Below are positions 1 through 10,569 of a stretch of DNA of 64,000 bases, in pieces (position 1 is the first letter of the stretch; each line of letters starts with the position of its first letter). Source of the DNA: Candidatus Omnitrophota bacterium. Its GTDB lineage: Bacteria; Omnitrophota; Gorgyraeia; Duberdicusellales; 4484-171. The notes beneath the pieces are model-generated. The model was given only the letters and a program-made list of their open reading frames with translations. It was not told the origin of the DNA and did not search any database. A program made the translations under genes and the position numbers. The DNA lies in assembly GCA_014729775.1 (NCBI GenBank), contig WJJJ01000011.1, positions 4,606 through 68,605 on the forward strand, in the 5' to 3' direction.

Positions 1-199
1 TGCTCCGACGCCGGGCGCAAAGCCTTACGTGGAAATAGGGGATACGGTGAAGCCCGGAGACGTAGTATGTATTATCGAAGCGATGAAGCTGATGAATGAG
101 ATTAAAGCCGAGGACGGCGGGAAAATCGTGGATATTCTCGTGGAAAACGGCCACCCGGTTGAATTCGGACAAACAATATTTCTTATCGAACCTGCCTAA
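1..199 (+). CDS. accB: Biotin carboxyl carrier protein AccB, C-terminal fragment (5' end lies outside the window)
   Basis: Frame 2 translates to ...GDVVCIIEAMKLMNEIKAEDGGKIVDILVENGHPVEFGQTIFLIEPA*, which contains the biotinyl-lysine EAMKLMN motif. A TAA stop lies at 197-199, immediately upstream of accC. Confidence 0.8.
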   Translation, partial: APTPGAKPYVEIGDTVKPGDVVCIIEAMKLMNEIKAEDGGKIVDILVENGHPVEFGQTIFLIEPA

Positions 200-205
200 A
201 AGAAT

Positions 206-1564
206 ATGTTTTCAAAAGTATTAATTGCGAACAGAGGCGAAATCGCAATCCGCATCATCCGCGCCTGCAAAGAAATGGGGATCCGCACGGTCGCGGTATA
301 TTCTGAAGCGGACAGAAATTCACTTCATGTCGGTTTTGCCGACGAAGCGGTATGTATCGGCCGCAGCATCTCATCGGACAGTTATTTGAATATTTCGAGT
401 ATCCTGAGCGCGGCCGAGATTACCGACAGCGATGCGATCCATCCCGGATACGGGTTCCTGTCCGAAAATCCTCATTTTGCTGAAGTGTGCGAATCCTGCG
501 GCATTCGCTTTATCGGACCTTCTGCGGAGAATATCCGAAAGATGGGCGACAAGGTCCAGGCCAAAGAAACGATGCGAAGCGCCGGAGTTCCGCTCGTGCC
601 GGGAAGCGCGGCCAGCGTCACCACGAAAGAGGAGGCACTCGAGGTGGCGAAAAAGATCGGATATCCGGTAATCCTTAAAGCGAAATCCGGAGGAGGAGGC
701 AAAGGGATGCGGGTGTGCCACAGCGACGTCCGGCTGGTCGGAGCGCTGTTTACCGCTCAGTCGGAAGCAGAAGCGTCTTTCGGGGATCCGTCGATCTATA
801 TCGAAAAATTCCTCGTCAATCCGCGTCATATCGAAATACAGATCGCGGCCGACCGCTACGGGAACGTGATCCATCTGGCGGAACGCGACTGTAGTATCCA
901 GCGCCGCCACCAGAAATTGATCGAAGAAGCGCCGTCTCCTGCGTTGTCGGCCCGTTTACGGAAAAAAGTGGGAGAAGCCGCGGTCAAAGGCGTGCGCCAC
1001 ATGAATTATCGAACGGTCGGCACGATGGAGTTTTTGATGGACGCCAACGGTGAATTCTATTTCATGGAGATGAACACGAGGATACAGGTTGAGCATCCCG
1101 TCACGGAGGAAATCACGGGGATCGATCTGATAAAACTCCAAATCGAACTGGCAGCCGGGGAAAAATTAAAAATCAGGCAGGAAGACGTCCGTATTCAGGG
1201 AGCGGCAATCGAATGCCGGATTAACGCCGAAGATCCGGAGAACGGATTCTTACCCTGTCCGGGCACAATCGAGTTCTGTTACGTTCCCGGCGGCCGGGAT
1301 GTGCGCGCGGACACGCATATCTATTCCGGGTACCGTATCCCGCCTTTTTACGATTCGCTGCTGGCGAAGTTAATCGTGAGAGGAGAAACCCGGCAGGATG
1401 CGCTCAGGAAAATGCACAGAGCACTCGGCGAATTCCTGGTGGAACCGATAAAGACCACCGTGCCGTTTTGTCAGCAGGTCCTGAATGATCCGGATTTCCA
1501 GCGAGGCACCTATCATACGGGTTATCTGGAGAAATTTCTGCGTAAGGAAGAGGAATCTATTTAA
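206..1564 (+). CDS. accC: Biotin carboxylase (acetyl-CoA carboxylase subunit)
   Basis: 452 aa. The N-terminus [26 protein letters not shown] and the ATP-grasp motifs ([19 protein letters not shown]) are present, and the gene lies just downstream of accB. Confidence 0.95.
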   Translation: MFSKVLIANRGEIAIRIIRACKEMGIRTVAVYSEADRNSLHVGFADEAVCIGRSISSDSYLNISSILSAAEITDSDAIHPGYGFLSENPHFAEVCESCGIRFIGPSAENIRKMGDKVQAKETMRSAGVPLVPGSAASVTTKEEALEVAKKIGYPVILKAKSGGGGKGMRVCHSDVRLVGALFTAQSEAEASFGDPSIYIEKFLVNPRHIEIQIAADRYGNVIHLAERDCSIQRRHQKLIEEAPSPALSARLRKKVGEAAVKGVRHMNYRTVGTMEFLMDANGEFYFMEMNTRIQVEHPVTEEITGIDLIKLQIELAAGEKLKIRQEDVRIQGAAIECRINAEDPENGFLPCPGTIEFCYVPGGRDVRADTHIYSGYRIPPFYDSLLAKLIVRGETRQDALRKMHRALGEFLVEPIKTTVPFCQQVLNDPDFQRGTYHTGYLEKFLRKEEESI

Positions 1565-1589
1565 CCGTCCCCCAGAGAAGGAGGTGAAA

Positions 1590-2165
1590 ATGCGAATATT
1601 AACAGCGGGCATGTTCATTATCGTGGGAATATGGGCCGGTTTCCTTTGCGCCGGACTCGCGGCGGGGCTGATCGATGCGGAAATACTGGCGCTCTATCTG
1701 AACACCTACGTGCTGGTAGATACCTATACGCGAACCTCGCTCGGCCTCGTCGGAATTTTACTGATACTTCTTTGTATAAGATACATCCGGGTCATGCTCT
1801 TCCAATCGAAACGGGATAAATCCCTTCTGCTGGAAGCTCCGGAGGGAAAAGTCAGGATCACGCTGTTCGCGCTGGAAGACCTTATCCGAAGGATGCTGGA
1901 TGAACGGGAAGAAATCGTGCACGTGAAACCGAGGATCCATGTCCAGAAACGATCAATCGAAGTGGTCGTTCGCAGCAATCTCGCGCAGGAAGTAAATCTG
2001 ATGGAATTTACGAGCGACATTCAGCGACAGGTAAAAGACCGTCTTCAGAATCTTCTCGGCGAAGAGAAAGAGATTAACGTGCTCGTGAATATACGGAAAG
2101 TATCACTTCCCGGCAAAAAGATGGAAGAGAAAGAAGAACCCGAAGTTCCGTTCAGGAATTATTAA
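1590..2165 (+). CDS. Asp23/Gls24 (AmaP-like) family membrane protein
   Basis: The ATG at 1590 follows a GAAGGAGGTG RBS, and the track ORF 1485 start overlaps accC. It has an N-terminal TM helix and an Asp23-like C-terminus (...VHVKPRIHVQKRSIEVVVRSNLAQEVNLMEFTSDIQRQVKDRLQNLLGEEKEINVLVNIRKV). Its position after accBC mirrors Firmicutes yqhY. Confidence 0.55.
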   Translation: MRILTAGMFIIVGIWAGFLCAGLAAGLIDAEILALYLNTYVLVDTYTRTSLGLVGILLILLCIRYIRVMLFQSKRDKSLLLEAPEGKVRITLFALEDLIRRMLDEREEIVHVKPRIHVQKRSIEVVVRSNLAQEVNLMEFTSDIQRQVKDRLQNLLGEEKEINVLVNIRKVSLPGKKMEEKEEPEVPFRNY

Positions 2166-2170
2166 TCACC

Positions 2171-3100
2171 TTGCGTACGATGGAACATCTCATCTCATTG
2201 AAATATTTATCAGCGGAGGAAATACGGGATCTTGTCGATTCGGCGTTCCGGTTAAAACAGGACCCTGGCGGATACGGAAAGTTCCTCACGGGGAAAACGG
2301 TCGGATTATTGTTCGAAAAACCTTCATTGCGGACCAAAACGGCATTTTGCGTCGGTACTCACCAGCTCGGCGCGCGGCCGGTGTACTTCGGTCCTGAAGA
2401 AATCAAGCTGGGAGAACGAGAACAGGTACGCGACGTCGCCAAAACCGTGGGAAAGTTCGTTCAAGCGGTCGTACTGCGTACCTACGCACATCAGACCGTG
2501 CTGGAATTCGCCAAGCACGCCGGCATCCCTGTAATCAATGGGTTAAGCGACCGGTTTCATCCCTCCCAGGCGCTCGCTGATCTGATGACTATCCAGGAAG
2601 CCAAAGGGAGTCTGGAAAAGCTGAAGGTCGCTTATTTGGGAGACGGAAACAACGTCTGTCATTCACTCATGTACGCCATAGCGCTTCTGGGGGGGCACCT
2701 CGCGATCGCGACACCGAAAGAGTTCCTTCCTCAGCGCGAAATACTGGAAGAAACCAGGAATTTCTTCCGCTTGTCCGGAGGAAAATTGGAAATCGGCGGC
2801 GAGCCCGGAATTATCGTCAGAGACGCCGACGTGGTCTATACCGATGTGTGGATTTCAATGGGGAAAGAGCGGGAACGGAAAAAAAGGCTGAAAGCATTCC
2901 GGGGATTTCAAGTGAACTCCGGTTTGATGCGCCGCGCGAAACAGGATTCAATCGTCATGCACTGTCTTCCGGCTCATCGGGGAGAAGAGATTTCCGACGA
3001 CGTAATCGACGGTACGCATTCAGTGGTGTTTACGCAGGCCGAAAACCGTCTATACGCGGCAAAAGCGATTATGGTGAAGCTCTTGGGAGGACTTCAATGA
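2171..3100 (+). CDS. argF: Ornithine carbamoyltransferase
   Basis: 309 aa with the SLRTKTAF, HPSQALADL, DVWISMG and HCLPAHRGEE (OTC-type HCLP) motifs. Confidence 0.9.
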   Translation: MRTMEHLISLKYLSAEEIRDLVDSAFRLKQDPGGYGKFLTGKTVGLLFEKPSLRTKTAFCVGTHQLGARPVYFGPEEIKLGEREQVRDVAKTVGKFVQAVVLRTYAHQTVLEFAKHAGIPVINGLSDRFHPSQALADLMTIQEAKGSLEKLKVAYLGDGNNVCHSLMYAIALLGGHLAIATPKEFLPQREILEETRNFFRLSGGKLEIGGEPGIIVRDADVVYTDVWISMGKERERKKRLKAFRGFQVNSGLMRRAKQDSIVMHCLPAHRGEEISDDVIDGTHSVVFTQAENRLYAAKAIMVKLLGGLQ

Positions 3101-4278
3101 AGAAAGTGGTACTTGCCTATTCCGGCGGACTGGATACCACCTGCTGTCTCCGCTGGCTGCGGGATCGCGGCTTTGAGGTAATCTGTTTTTCGGCTGATCT
3201 GGGAAGTGAATTCTCCCCGGAAGATATACGGACCCGCGCCGGTCAGGGCGGGGCGGTCAACACCTATGTCATGGATCTCAAAAAAGAATTCGCGCAAGAA
3301 TACGTGCTTCCCAGCCTTTCGGCCGGAGCCGTATATCAAGGAAAATATCTTCTCAGCACCGCTTTGGGAAGACCTCTTATCGCAAAATATCTGACCGAGA
3401 TCGCCCGTAAGGAAGGCGCCGGCTATCTGGCCCACGGCTGTACCGGCAAGGGAAACGATCAGGTGAGAATCGAAGTGAACGCGCATTTACTGGCTCCGGA
3501 ACTGAAAATCATCGCACCGCTGCGCGAATGGGAGCTCACCTCCCGTGAAGCGGAAATCGAGTACGCGAAAAAACACGGATTAACGCACGACGCCTCGGCG
3601 GAAAAGATATACAGCATCGATCAGAATCTGTGGGGAATAAGCGTGGAAGGAGGAATTCTGGAGGATCCAGGGCAGGACGTGCCCCTGAATTCCTATTACC
3701 AGGTGAACCCCCCGGAGAAAACCCCCGATACCCTGCAGGATGTGGAGATATCATTTGAGGAGGGAGTTCCGGTTCGTCTCAACGGTCAGCCGATATCGTT
3801 TATCGGGTGCGTACAAGAGCTGAATGAGATCGGTGCCCGGCACGGAATCGGCCGCACGGATCTCATTGAGGACCGGGTTGTGGGGATTAAATCCCGGGAA
3901 ATATATGAAGCCCCTGCGGCATGGATTCTGCACACCGCCCTTCGCGAGCTCGAACACATGACTCTGGACCGTGAAACGCTCGCGTTTAAATCGTTCGTCG
4001 CGGAGAAGTACGCCCAGCTCGTCTATCAGGGATTGTGGTTTTCTCCTCTCAAAACTGGACTGGATGAATTCGCGAAATCGTTACGGCCGAGAATCACGGG
4101 AACTATCCGTCTCGGTCTTTTCCGGGGACTCATTACGGTGCGCCGCAGGTTCGCCCCGCACGCGCTGTATCAAAAAGAAATCGCCACTTACGGAGAAGGG
4201 AGTTCTTTCGACCCTTCGCATGCAGAGGGATTCATACGGCTCTGGGAAATGCCGTTCATCCGAAAGGAAAACACATGA
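3097..4278 (+). CDS. argG: Argininosuccinate synthase
   Basis: Starts MKKVVLAYSGGLDTTCCLRW (PP-loop) at an ATG overlapping the argF stop (ATGA). The track ORF 2848 is an N-terminal over-extension. Confidence 0.9.
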   Translation: MKKVVLAYSGGLDTTCCLRWLRDRGFEVICFSADLGSEFSPEDIRTRAGQGGAVNTYVMDLKKEFAQEYVLPSLSAGAVYQGKYLLSTALGRPLIAKYLTEIARKEGAGYLAHGCTGKGNDQVRIEVNAHLLAPELKIIAPLREWELTSREAEIEYAKKHGLTHDASAEKIYSIDQNLWGISVEGGILEDPGQDVPLNSYYQVNPPEKTPDTLQDVEISFEEGVPVRLNGQPISFIGCVQELNEIGARHGIGRTDLIEDRVVGIKSREIYEAPAAWILHTALRELEHMTLDRETLAFKSFVAEKYAQLVYQGLWFSPLKTGLDEFAKSLRPRITGTIRLGLFRGLITVRRRFAPHALYQKEIATYGEGSSFDPSHAEGFIRLWEMPFIRKENT

Positions 4279-5636
4279 AGCAGAAATTATGGGGCGGAAG
4301 ATTCACCGCGGAAACGGATTCCGACTTTTACCGCTTTCAACAGTCGATTCAGTACGATCACCTGCTCGCGGAATATGACGTGATGCATTCGCTTCTCCAT
4401 ATTGAAGCCCTGCGCAGCGCGAAACTCCTGGATACGGACGAATATACGCGTCTCTCCCGGGCATTACGGGTAATTCTGGGCGAGATAGGGGAAGGCACCT
4501 ACCGCTTCGGAAAAGACGCCGAAGATATCCATACCGATATTCAGCAGCGCGTGGCCAAAATTGCCGGCCGCGCCGCAGCCGCGAAACTGCACACATTACG
4601 TTCCAGGAACGACCAGATTCAGTTCGACGAAAAATCATACTGCGTGAAAGAAGCGATCACGCTTCTGGAACTGACGTCTAAAGTTTTGGAACAATATTCT
4701 CTCCTGATTCAGAAATTTTCCGGAGAATATTTCATCGGATTTACCCATCTCCAGCGGGCGCAGGTAATATTAGCAAGCGATTATTTCGGCGCGTATTTTT
4801 GGCTGTTCCACGCTGATTTTGTCCGGTTGGACCGTTACGTGAGGAACGCGGCAGTTTCCATCGGCAACGGCGCGCTGGCCGGAAGCGCGCTTGACAAAAA
4901 TGATTATATTGCCGCGGTGAAAAAGCTTTTACCGGAAAACATGTGGAAGATCATTCCGACGGCGAACGCGATATACGGCGTGAGTGATCGCGACTACCTG
5001 ATCGAACTGCTGTCGATCTGCGCGCTCATCCAGTCTCATTTGTCCCGTTTTGCCGAAGACTGCGTAGTGTATTCTTCCCGTGAATTCGGCTATTTCCGGC
5101 TGCCGGAACAATTTTGTACGGGATCTTCGCTCATGCCCCAGAAAAAGAATCCCGATTTTTTTGAATTAGTCCGGGGTACCACCGGGAAGATCTACGGCAA
5201 TCTCATGTCAGCGCTCACCGTCATGAAGGGGTTGCCTCTGGCCTACAATAGAGACATGCAGCTGAATAAAGAATCCCTTTTTTCGAGCGTTACCGCTATC
5301 TCCGAACAGATGAAACTCCTGGCCAAAGCTGTTCCCGGCATCGAAATCGATCACGCGCGCGTGCACGAAGCTCTCGCCGACGAAGGTCTTTACGCGACGG
5401 AACTAGCGGAGTATCTCGTGCAGGAAAAGGTTCCCTTTCAGCGCGCGCATGAGATCGTGGGGAAACTGATCAGTGAAAGTGAAAAACGGAAAACCGCCCT
5501 TCATGATTTTTCCGAAGCACAACTGAAAAAATTCCACGAGAAAATCACGAGGACGGTAATCACGCGCGTAATGAACCCCGAATACGCGGTCCGCTCCAGA
5601 AATTCCGTGTCCAACACGCTTCCGGGAAAAAAATAA
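4275..5636 (+). CDS. argH: Argininosuccinate lyase
   Basis: 453 aa beginning MKQKLWGGRF, with the fumarate-lyase signature GSSLMPQKKNPD. Confidence 0.9.
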   Translation: MKQKLWGGRFTAETDSDFYRFQQSIQYDHLLAEYDVMHSLLHIEALRSAKLLDTDEYTRLSRALRVILGEIGEGTYRFGKDAEDIHTDIQQRVAKIAGRAAAAKLHTLRSRNDQIQFDEKSYCVKEAITLLELTSKVLEQYSLLIQKFSGEYFIGFTHLQRAQVILASDYFGAYFWLFHADFVRLDRYVRNAAVSIGNGALAGSALDKNDYIAAVKKLLPENMWKIIPTANAIYGVSDRDYLIELLSICALIQSHLSRFAEDCVVYSSREFGYFRLPEQFCTGSSLMPQKKNPDFFELVRGTTGKIYGNLMSALTVMKGLPLAYNRDMQLNKESLFSSVTAISEQMKLLAKAVPGIEIDHARVHEALADEGLYATELAEYLVQEKVPFQRAHEIVGKLISESEKRKTALHDFSEAQLKKFHEKITRTVITRVMNPEYAVRSRNSVSNTLPGKK

Positions 5637-5638
5637 TC

Positions 5639-6895
5639 ATGCATTCTTTTACCTACAGACAACAGCACCTTCATTGCGAGGACATCCCGGTACGCACCGC
5701 GGCGGAACGGTTCGGCACGCCGCTGTACCTGTATAGTGCCGAAACATTACGCGACCATTACCGTAAACTTCACGCCGCGTTCCGGGATTTTGACCCGCTC
5801 ATCTGCTATTCGGTAAAGGCCAATTCGAATCTCGCGATCTTGAATCTTCTCGTCAGGGAGGGAGCGGGTTTGGATATCGTATCCGGAGGAGAGCTGTTCC
5901 GGGCAAAGAAAGCAGGCTGCCCCGCGGAGAAAATAGTGTATGCTTCGGTGGGGAAAACGGAGGAGGAAATCCGGGACGCACTTGAATACCGCATCCATAT
6001 GTTCAACGTTGAATCGATCCCGGAACTTCGCCGTATAAACGAAATCGCCGGAGAAGCCGGAAAGCGGGCGCCGGCCGCGTTACGGTTCAATCCCGATATC
6101 CAGCCCGATACCCACGCCTATATTACGACGGGGAAAAAGGAAACGAAATTCGGAATGGACATCGAAACCGTGCGACACACTCTGCTCAATCAGGGTGAAT
6201 TTCCGCATGTCGATTTTCGCGGCATTCATGTACATATCGGTTCGCAAATAACCGATGCGCTCCCTTTTCAGCGCACCCTGCAAAAAGTACTTGAGTTGAC
6301 GGAACACGTGCAAAGTAAGGGGATAGCCCTGTCGGCGTTAAATATCGGCGGTGGACTCGGGATCGTATACGAGAACGAACAGCCGCAAACCGCCGATGAT
6401 TTCGCCCAAGCGGTTGCCCCGGTACTCCGCAAGATCAATCTTCCCTTGATTCTTGAGCCGGGACGTTTTATTGCCGGAAACGCGGGAATTCTCCTGACGA
6501 AAGTGCTCTACGTCAAGGATACTCCGGCCAAACGCTTTCTGGTCGTTGATGCCGGAATGAATGATATGCTGCGTCCTTCACTGTACCGCGCCTATCATGA
6601 AATACTCCCCGTGGAACAGAAAAAGAGCGAGCCCTGCCAGCCACCGCGGCCGGCTGACGTAGTGGGACCGATATGTGAGAGCGGCGATTTTCTCGGGAAA
6701 AACCGGACGCTGACGGTAAATGAAGGCGATCTTATGGCAGTATTCGGCGCGGGTGCCTATGGATTCAGTATGAGTTCTAATTATAATTCCCGCCGCCGGC
6801 CCGCCGAAGCCCTGGTCCACGAGGGAAAGATATCCCTCATCCGGAAACGGGAATCCGAAGACGATCTGATTCGTCACGAACAGATGGTGCCGTAA
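5639..6895 (+). CDS. lysA: Diaminopimelate decarboxylase
   Basis: 418 aa with the PLP-dependent Orn/DAP decarboxylase fold (GTPLYLY, YSVKANSN, EPGRF, CESGD). Confidence 0.9.
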   Translation: MHSFTYRQQHLHCEDIPVRTAAERFGTPLYLYSAETLRDHYRKLHAAFRDFDPLICYSVKANSNLAILNLLVREGAGLDIVSGGELFRAKKAGCPAEKIVYASVGKTEEEIRDALEYRIHMFNVESIPELRRINEIAGEAGKRAPAALRFNPDIQPDTHAYITTGKKETKFGMDIETVRHTLLNQGEFPHVDFRGIHVHIGSQITDALPFQRTLQKVLELTEHVQSKGIALSALNIGGGLGIVYENEQPQTADDFAQAVAPVLRKINLPLILEPGRFIAGNAGILLTKVLYVKDTPAKRFLVVDAGMNDMLRPSLYRAYHEILPVEQKKSEPCQPPRPADVVGPICESGDFLGKNRTLTVNEGDLMAVFGAGAYGFSMSSNYNSRRRPAEALVHEGKISLIRKRESEDDLIRHEQMVP

Positions 6896-6898
6896 TCT

Positions 6899-7732
6899 AT
6901 GAAACACGTGAAATTTACCAAAGTTCACGCATCGGGAAACGATTTTATCCTTCTGGATCAACGCCGCCGCCCGGGACGCCTGAATTACCGCGCATTCGCG
7001 CGCAGGTATTGTGCCCGTACCACAGGGATCGGAGCCGACGGCGTGCTGGTACTGACCTCTTCCTCCAAAGCGGCGGTAAAAATGCGTATTTTTAACGCTG
7101 ACGGATCCGAGGCGGAAATGTGCGGAAACGGGGCGCGCTGCGCGGCGCTCTGGACACACAAGACCCGACGAAAGAACGACCGCAAACTGACGATTGAAAC
7201 GATTGCCGGAATCATCAACGCCGGCGTGACACGTTCACGGGTGAAGATTCAACTGACGGATCCTGCGGATATCCGTATGCATCAGAAGCTGCGCCTGGCC
7301 GGACGGCATATCACCGTGCATTATTTGAATACGGGCGTGCCCCATACCGTGATCGCGGTGCAGGGACTGGCTAATATTGACGTGCGGGCGGTCGGCCGCG
7401 CGGTCCGGACACACCCTTATTTCGCCCCCGAGGGCACGAACGTCAATTTTATCGAGCCGGCAGGAGAAAACTTCATTCGGCTACGCACCTATGAACGGGG
7501 CGTGGAGAGTGAAACCGGGGCCTGCGGCACCGGATCGGCCGCGGCGGCAATCGTGGCCGATACCTTATGGTCAGCGCCTCCTCCGGAGAGACGAAAAATC
7601 AAGGTACAGACACAGAGCGGAGAAGTGCTCTCAATCACGTTTCAACGCCGGCAGGAGAAACGCACCGAAGTGTGGCTGCAGGGCCGGGCCGAAATCGTGT
7701 TTAATGGAACGACCGAAACAACACGCGAATAA
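6899..7732 (+). CDS. dapF: Diaminopimelate epimerase
   Basis: 277 aa with HASGNDFILLD, MCGNGARC and GACGTGS (the two catalytic Cys motifs). Confidence 0.9.
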   Translation: MKHVKFTKVHASGNDFILLDQRRRPGRLNYRAFARRYCARTTGIGADGVLVLTSSSKAAVKMRIFNADGSEAEMCGNGARCAALWTHKTRRKNDRKLTIETIAGIINAGVTRSRVKIQLTDPADIRMHQKLRLAGRHITVHYLNTGVPHTVIAVQGLANIDVRAVGRAVRTHPYFAPEGTNVNFIEPAGENFIRLRTYERGVESETGACGTGSAAAAIVADTLWSAPPPERRKIKVQTQSGEVLSITFQRRQEKRTEVWLQGRAEIVFNGTTETTRE

Positions 7733-7744
7733 AGGAGGAACAGT

Positions 7745-8623
7745 ATGAGAAAAGGAAGTATTGTCGCCCTGGTGACTCCCTTTCGGGAAGACGGAGAAAT
7801 AGACGAATCCACTCTGCGGTCACTGCTGAACTGGCATGCGGATCAGGGCACGGACGGGATCCTGGTCTGCGGAACGACCGGCGAGAGCGCCACGCTTTCT
7901 CATCAGGAACATAAACACCTGATCGACATCGCCGTGCAGGAAATAGACGGCCGTATCCCGGTAATCGCCGGCTGCGGGTCCAACGCGACTCGGGAAGCGT
8001 TGGATCTGACGCGTTACGCACACCAGGCAGGAGCGGACGCGGCCCTGGTGATCACCCCGTACTACAACAAGCCGACCCAGGAAGGATTGTATCGTCACTT
8101 TAAAACCATTGCTGACGACGTCGGTATTCCTATTCTGTTGTATAACGTTCCCTCGCGTACCGGCGTCAACATGACGCCGGAGACGGTCATTCGGCTCTAC
8201 CGCGATTGTAAAAACATCGTCGGATTAAAAGAAGCGGGGGGGTCTCTTGATCAAATGACCGCACTGATGAAAGGAGTAGACAAGGAATTTCTGCTCTATT
8301 CCGGAACCGATGAGTTGATCTTACCGGTACTGTCCGTCGGAGGAGCCGGAGTAGTTTCGGTGGTAGCGAATATCCTTCCCCGGCAGACGCACAGGCTTGT
8401 GCAATCCTTTCTACAGGGAAACCGGGAAGAAGCGGCTACGGCCCAGTTTGCCCTCTATGACCTGATTAAAACGCTGTTCATCGAAACAAACCCCATACCG
8501 GTAAAAACAGCGCTCGGACTTATGGGAAGACTGAAACCGGTATTGCGTCTTCCTTTATGCCCCATGGGAGAATCTCACCTGGAAAAGTTAACGCAGGCAT
8601 TAACGCAATATGGAATTCTTTAA
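7745..8623 (+). CDS. dapA: 4-hydroxy-tetrahydrodipicolinate synthase
   Basis: 292 aa with GSIVALVTPF, GILVCGTTGE and a DapA-like KEAGG region. Confidence 0.9.
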   Translation: MRKGSIVALVTPFREDGEIDESTLRSLLNWHADQGTDGILVCGTTGESATLSHQEHKHLIDIAVQEIDGRIPVIAGCGSNATREALDLTRYAHQAGADAALVITPYYNKPTQEGLYRHFKTIADDVGIPILLYNVPSRTGVNMTPETVIRLYRDCKNIVGLKEAGGSLDQMTALMKGVDKEFLLYSGTDELILPVLSVGGAGVVSVVANILPRQTHRLVQSFLQGNREEAATAQFALYDLIKTLFIETNPIPVKTALGLMGRLKPVLRLPLCPMGESHLEKLTQALTQYGIL

Positions 8624-8655
8624 CGGCCGAGAAGAAAGAATACGGAGGAATTTTT

Positions 8656-9396
8656 ATGATTAAAATCGGAGTGAGCGGAGCGAGAGGAAGGATGGGACAG
8701 CGCATTATCGCGCTCGCGAGGCAGGACAGCACATTTAAGGTAAGTTTCGGACTGGAAGCGGACACACATCCTGACGCAGGGCAGATCATCGATAATCTCA
8801 TGATCGCCAGCGATCCGGCTTACATAGAGAATTGCGAATGTCTGATTGATTTTAGTTCACCTTCCGCGACCGCGAACTATCTCTCTCATTTGGTGGCACA
8901 AAAGAAAAAAGCCGTAATCGGAACAACCGGATTTTCCCGGGAAGAATACGCAAAGATCAGCCAGGCCGCAAAGGAAACCGCGATCCTCTGTTCGCCGAAC
9001 ATGAGTATCGGAGTGAATCTATTGTTCCGGCTGGTGAAAGAAAGCGCCGCCGTGCTGAAAGGATATAAAACGCATATCGAGGAAATCCACCACGTGCATA
9101 AAAAGGACGCTCCTTCGGGTACCGCGAAACGGATCGGAAATATTCTCTCCGGCCTGGGATTTCCCGTCAAAGACAGCGACATCGACGCTCTGCGAATCGG
9201 AGAGGTGATCGGAGATCACAAAGTAAGGTTTGAAAGCGGCGTGGATAAGATCGAATTGTTTCATTCGGCGAAAACCCGGGATATTTTCGCTCAGGGCGCC
9301 CTCGTGGCCGCAAAATGGCTTCATCAGAAAAAAACGGGACTGTACACCATGGAAGACGTGCTCTTTCATCAGGACAAAGGAAAGGAAACGAAATGA
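8656..9396 (+). CDS. dapB: 4-hydroxy-tetrahydrodipicolinate reductase
   Basis: Starts MIKIGVSGARGRMGQ (Rossmann) at the ATG 8656 behind an ACGGAGGAA RBS, and contains HHVHKKDAPSGTA (the DapB EIHH..K.DAPSGTA motif). The track start 8557 is an over-extension. Confidence 0.9.
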   Translation: MIKIGVSGARGRMGQRIIALARQDSTFKVSFGLEADTHPDAGQIIDNLMIASDPAYIENCECLIDFSSPSATANYLSHLVAQKKKAVIGTTGFSREEYAKISQAAKETAILCSPNMSIGVNLLFRLVKESAAVLKGYKTHIEEIHHVHKKDAPSGTAKRIGNILSGLGFPVKDSDIDALRIGEVIGDHKVRFESGVDKIELFHSAKTRDIFAQGALVAAKWLHQKKTGLYTMEDVLFHQDKGKETK

Positions 9397-10550
9397 CGTA
9401 CGAACCTGCACAGCGAATGACGAAATTTCCGCCGTATTTGTTCGCGGAAATTGACGACCAGAAATCGGCATTGAAAGCAAAAGGAATCGACTTCGTCGAC
9501 GTGAGTATCGGTGATCCGGACATCCCGGCGCCGGACGCCGCGGTTGAAGCATTATTCCGTTCCGCTCAGAAGAAAGAAAGCCAGAAATACGCATCAAACC
9601 GCTCGAAACTCGTCTTACGGGAAAAGATCAGTCAGTGGTCCAAGCGCCGGTTCGGGATCACGCTTTCCCCCAGGGACGAGATTCTGCCTTTGATCGGTTC
9701 AAAAGAGGGCTTGGTTCATTTCCCGCTGGCAGTGGTAAATTCCGGGGACTACGTGCTCATCCCATCCCCCGGCTATCCCGGGTACCGCGGGGCCGCCCTG
9801 TTCTCGGAAGGAATTCCCTATGAACTGCCTCTGCGGGAAGAGAATGATTTTCTGCCGGATCTGGAAGAAATTCCCGGAGAAGTCCGGAACAAAACAAAAT
9901 TAATGTTCCTGAACTATCCTCATAATCCTACTACTGCTCTCGCACCCAGGGATTTTCTTGAACGGCTCATCGCCTTCTGCGCGAAATACGGGATCATTCT
10001 CGCCTACGATAATGCCTATTCCGAAATATTCTACGACGAAAAACCATTGAGCATTCTGGAAATCCCCGGTGCCAAGGAAATCGCGGTAGAGTTCCATTCC
10101 TGTTCAAAGACGTTTTGCATGACCGGTTTTCGTATCGGATGGGCCGCGGGGAATCCGCAGCTCGTGTCTGCTCTGGCAAAGGTCAAATCGAACACGGATT
10201 CGGGAATTTTCCCGGCGGTCCAGGACGCGGCCGCCGCAGCCCTTGACGATGCACGATACATCGAACAGCTCCGGGCCGCATTCCGGCGCCGCCGTGATTC
10301 TTTTCTGGAAACTCTCGGTTCCGGCGTGTTTCCCAGGACGCACGCCCATTCCACCTTTTACGTGTGGGCCGCGCTTCCCGAAGACCGGCAGAATTCAATT
10401 GAATATGCCCGATATCTTTTGGAGAAAAAACATCTCGTCGCCACTCCGGGAAGAGGCTTCGGCCAATACGGCGAGGGATTTATCCGCTTCGCGCTCACGG
10501 TTGACGTGCCGGTATTAACCCGGGCCGCGGAACTGCTCCGTTCGGCGTGA
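9393..10550 (+). CDS. dapL: LL-diaminopimelate aminotransferase (class I aminotransferase)
   Basis: Starts MTYEPAQRMTKFPPYLFAEIDD at an ATG overlapping the dapB stop, and has the PLP motifs NYPHNPT and SCSKTFCMTGFRIGW. Its position inside the dap cluster supports DapL rather than a generic AspAT. Confidence 0.7.
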   Translation: MTYEPAQRMTKFPPYLFAEIDDQKSALKAKGIDFVDVSIGDPDIPAPDAAVEALFRSAQKKESQKYASNRSKLVLREKISQWSKRRFGITLSPRDEILPLIGSKEGLVHFPLAVVNSGDYVLIPSPGYPGYRGAALFSEGIPYELPLREENDFLPDLEEIPGEVRNKTKLMFLNYPHNPTTALAPRDFLERLIAFCAKYGIILAYDNAYSEIFYDEKPLSILEIPGAKEIAVEFHSCSKTFCMTGFRIGWAAGNPQLVSALAKVKSNTDSGIFPAVQDAAAAALDDARYIEQLRAAFRRRRDSFLETLGSGVFPRTHAHSTFYVWAALPEDRQNSIEYARYLLEKKHLVATPGRGFGQYGEGFIRFALTVDVPVLTRAAELLRSA

Positions 10551-10569
10551 GACAGCACACGGACTTCTG

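Noticed and set aside
371-910. 179-aa minus-strand ORF inside accC
   Set aside because: It is an antisense shadow of a strongly conserved biotin carboxylase gene and has no recognisable motifs.
9019-9597. 192-aa minus-strand ORF spanning the dapB/dapL junction
   Set aside because: It is antisense to two well-supported genes and its sequence is Arg/Ser-rich low complexity.
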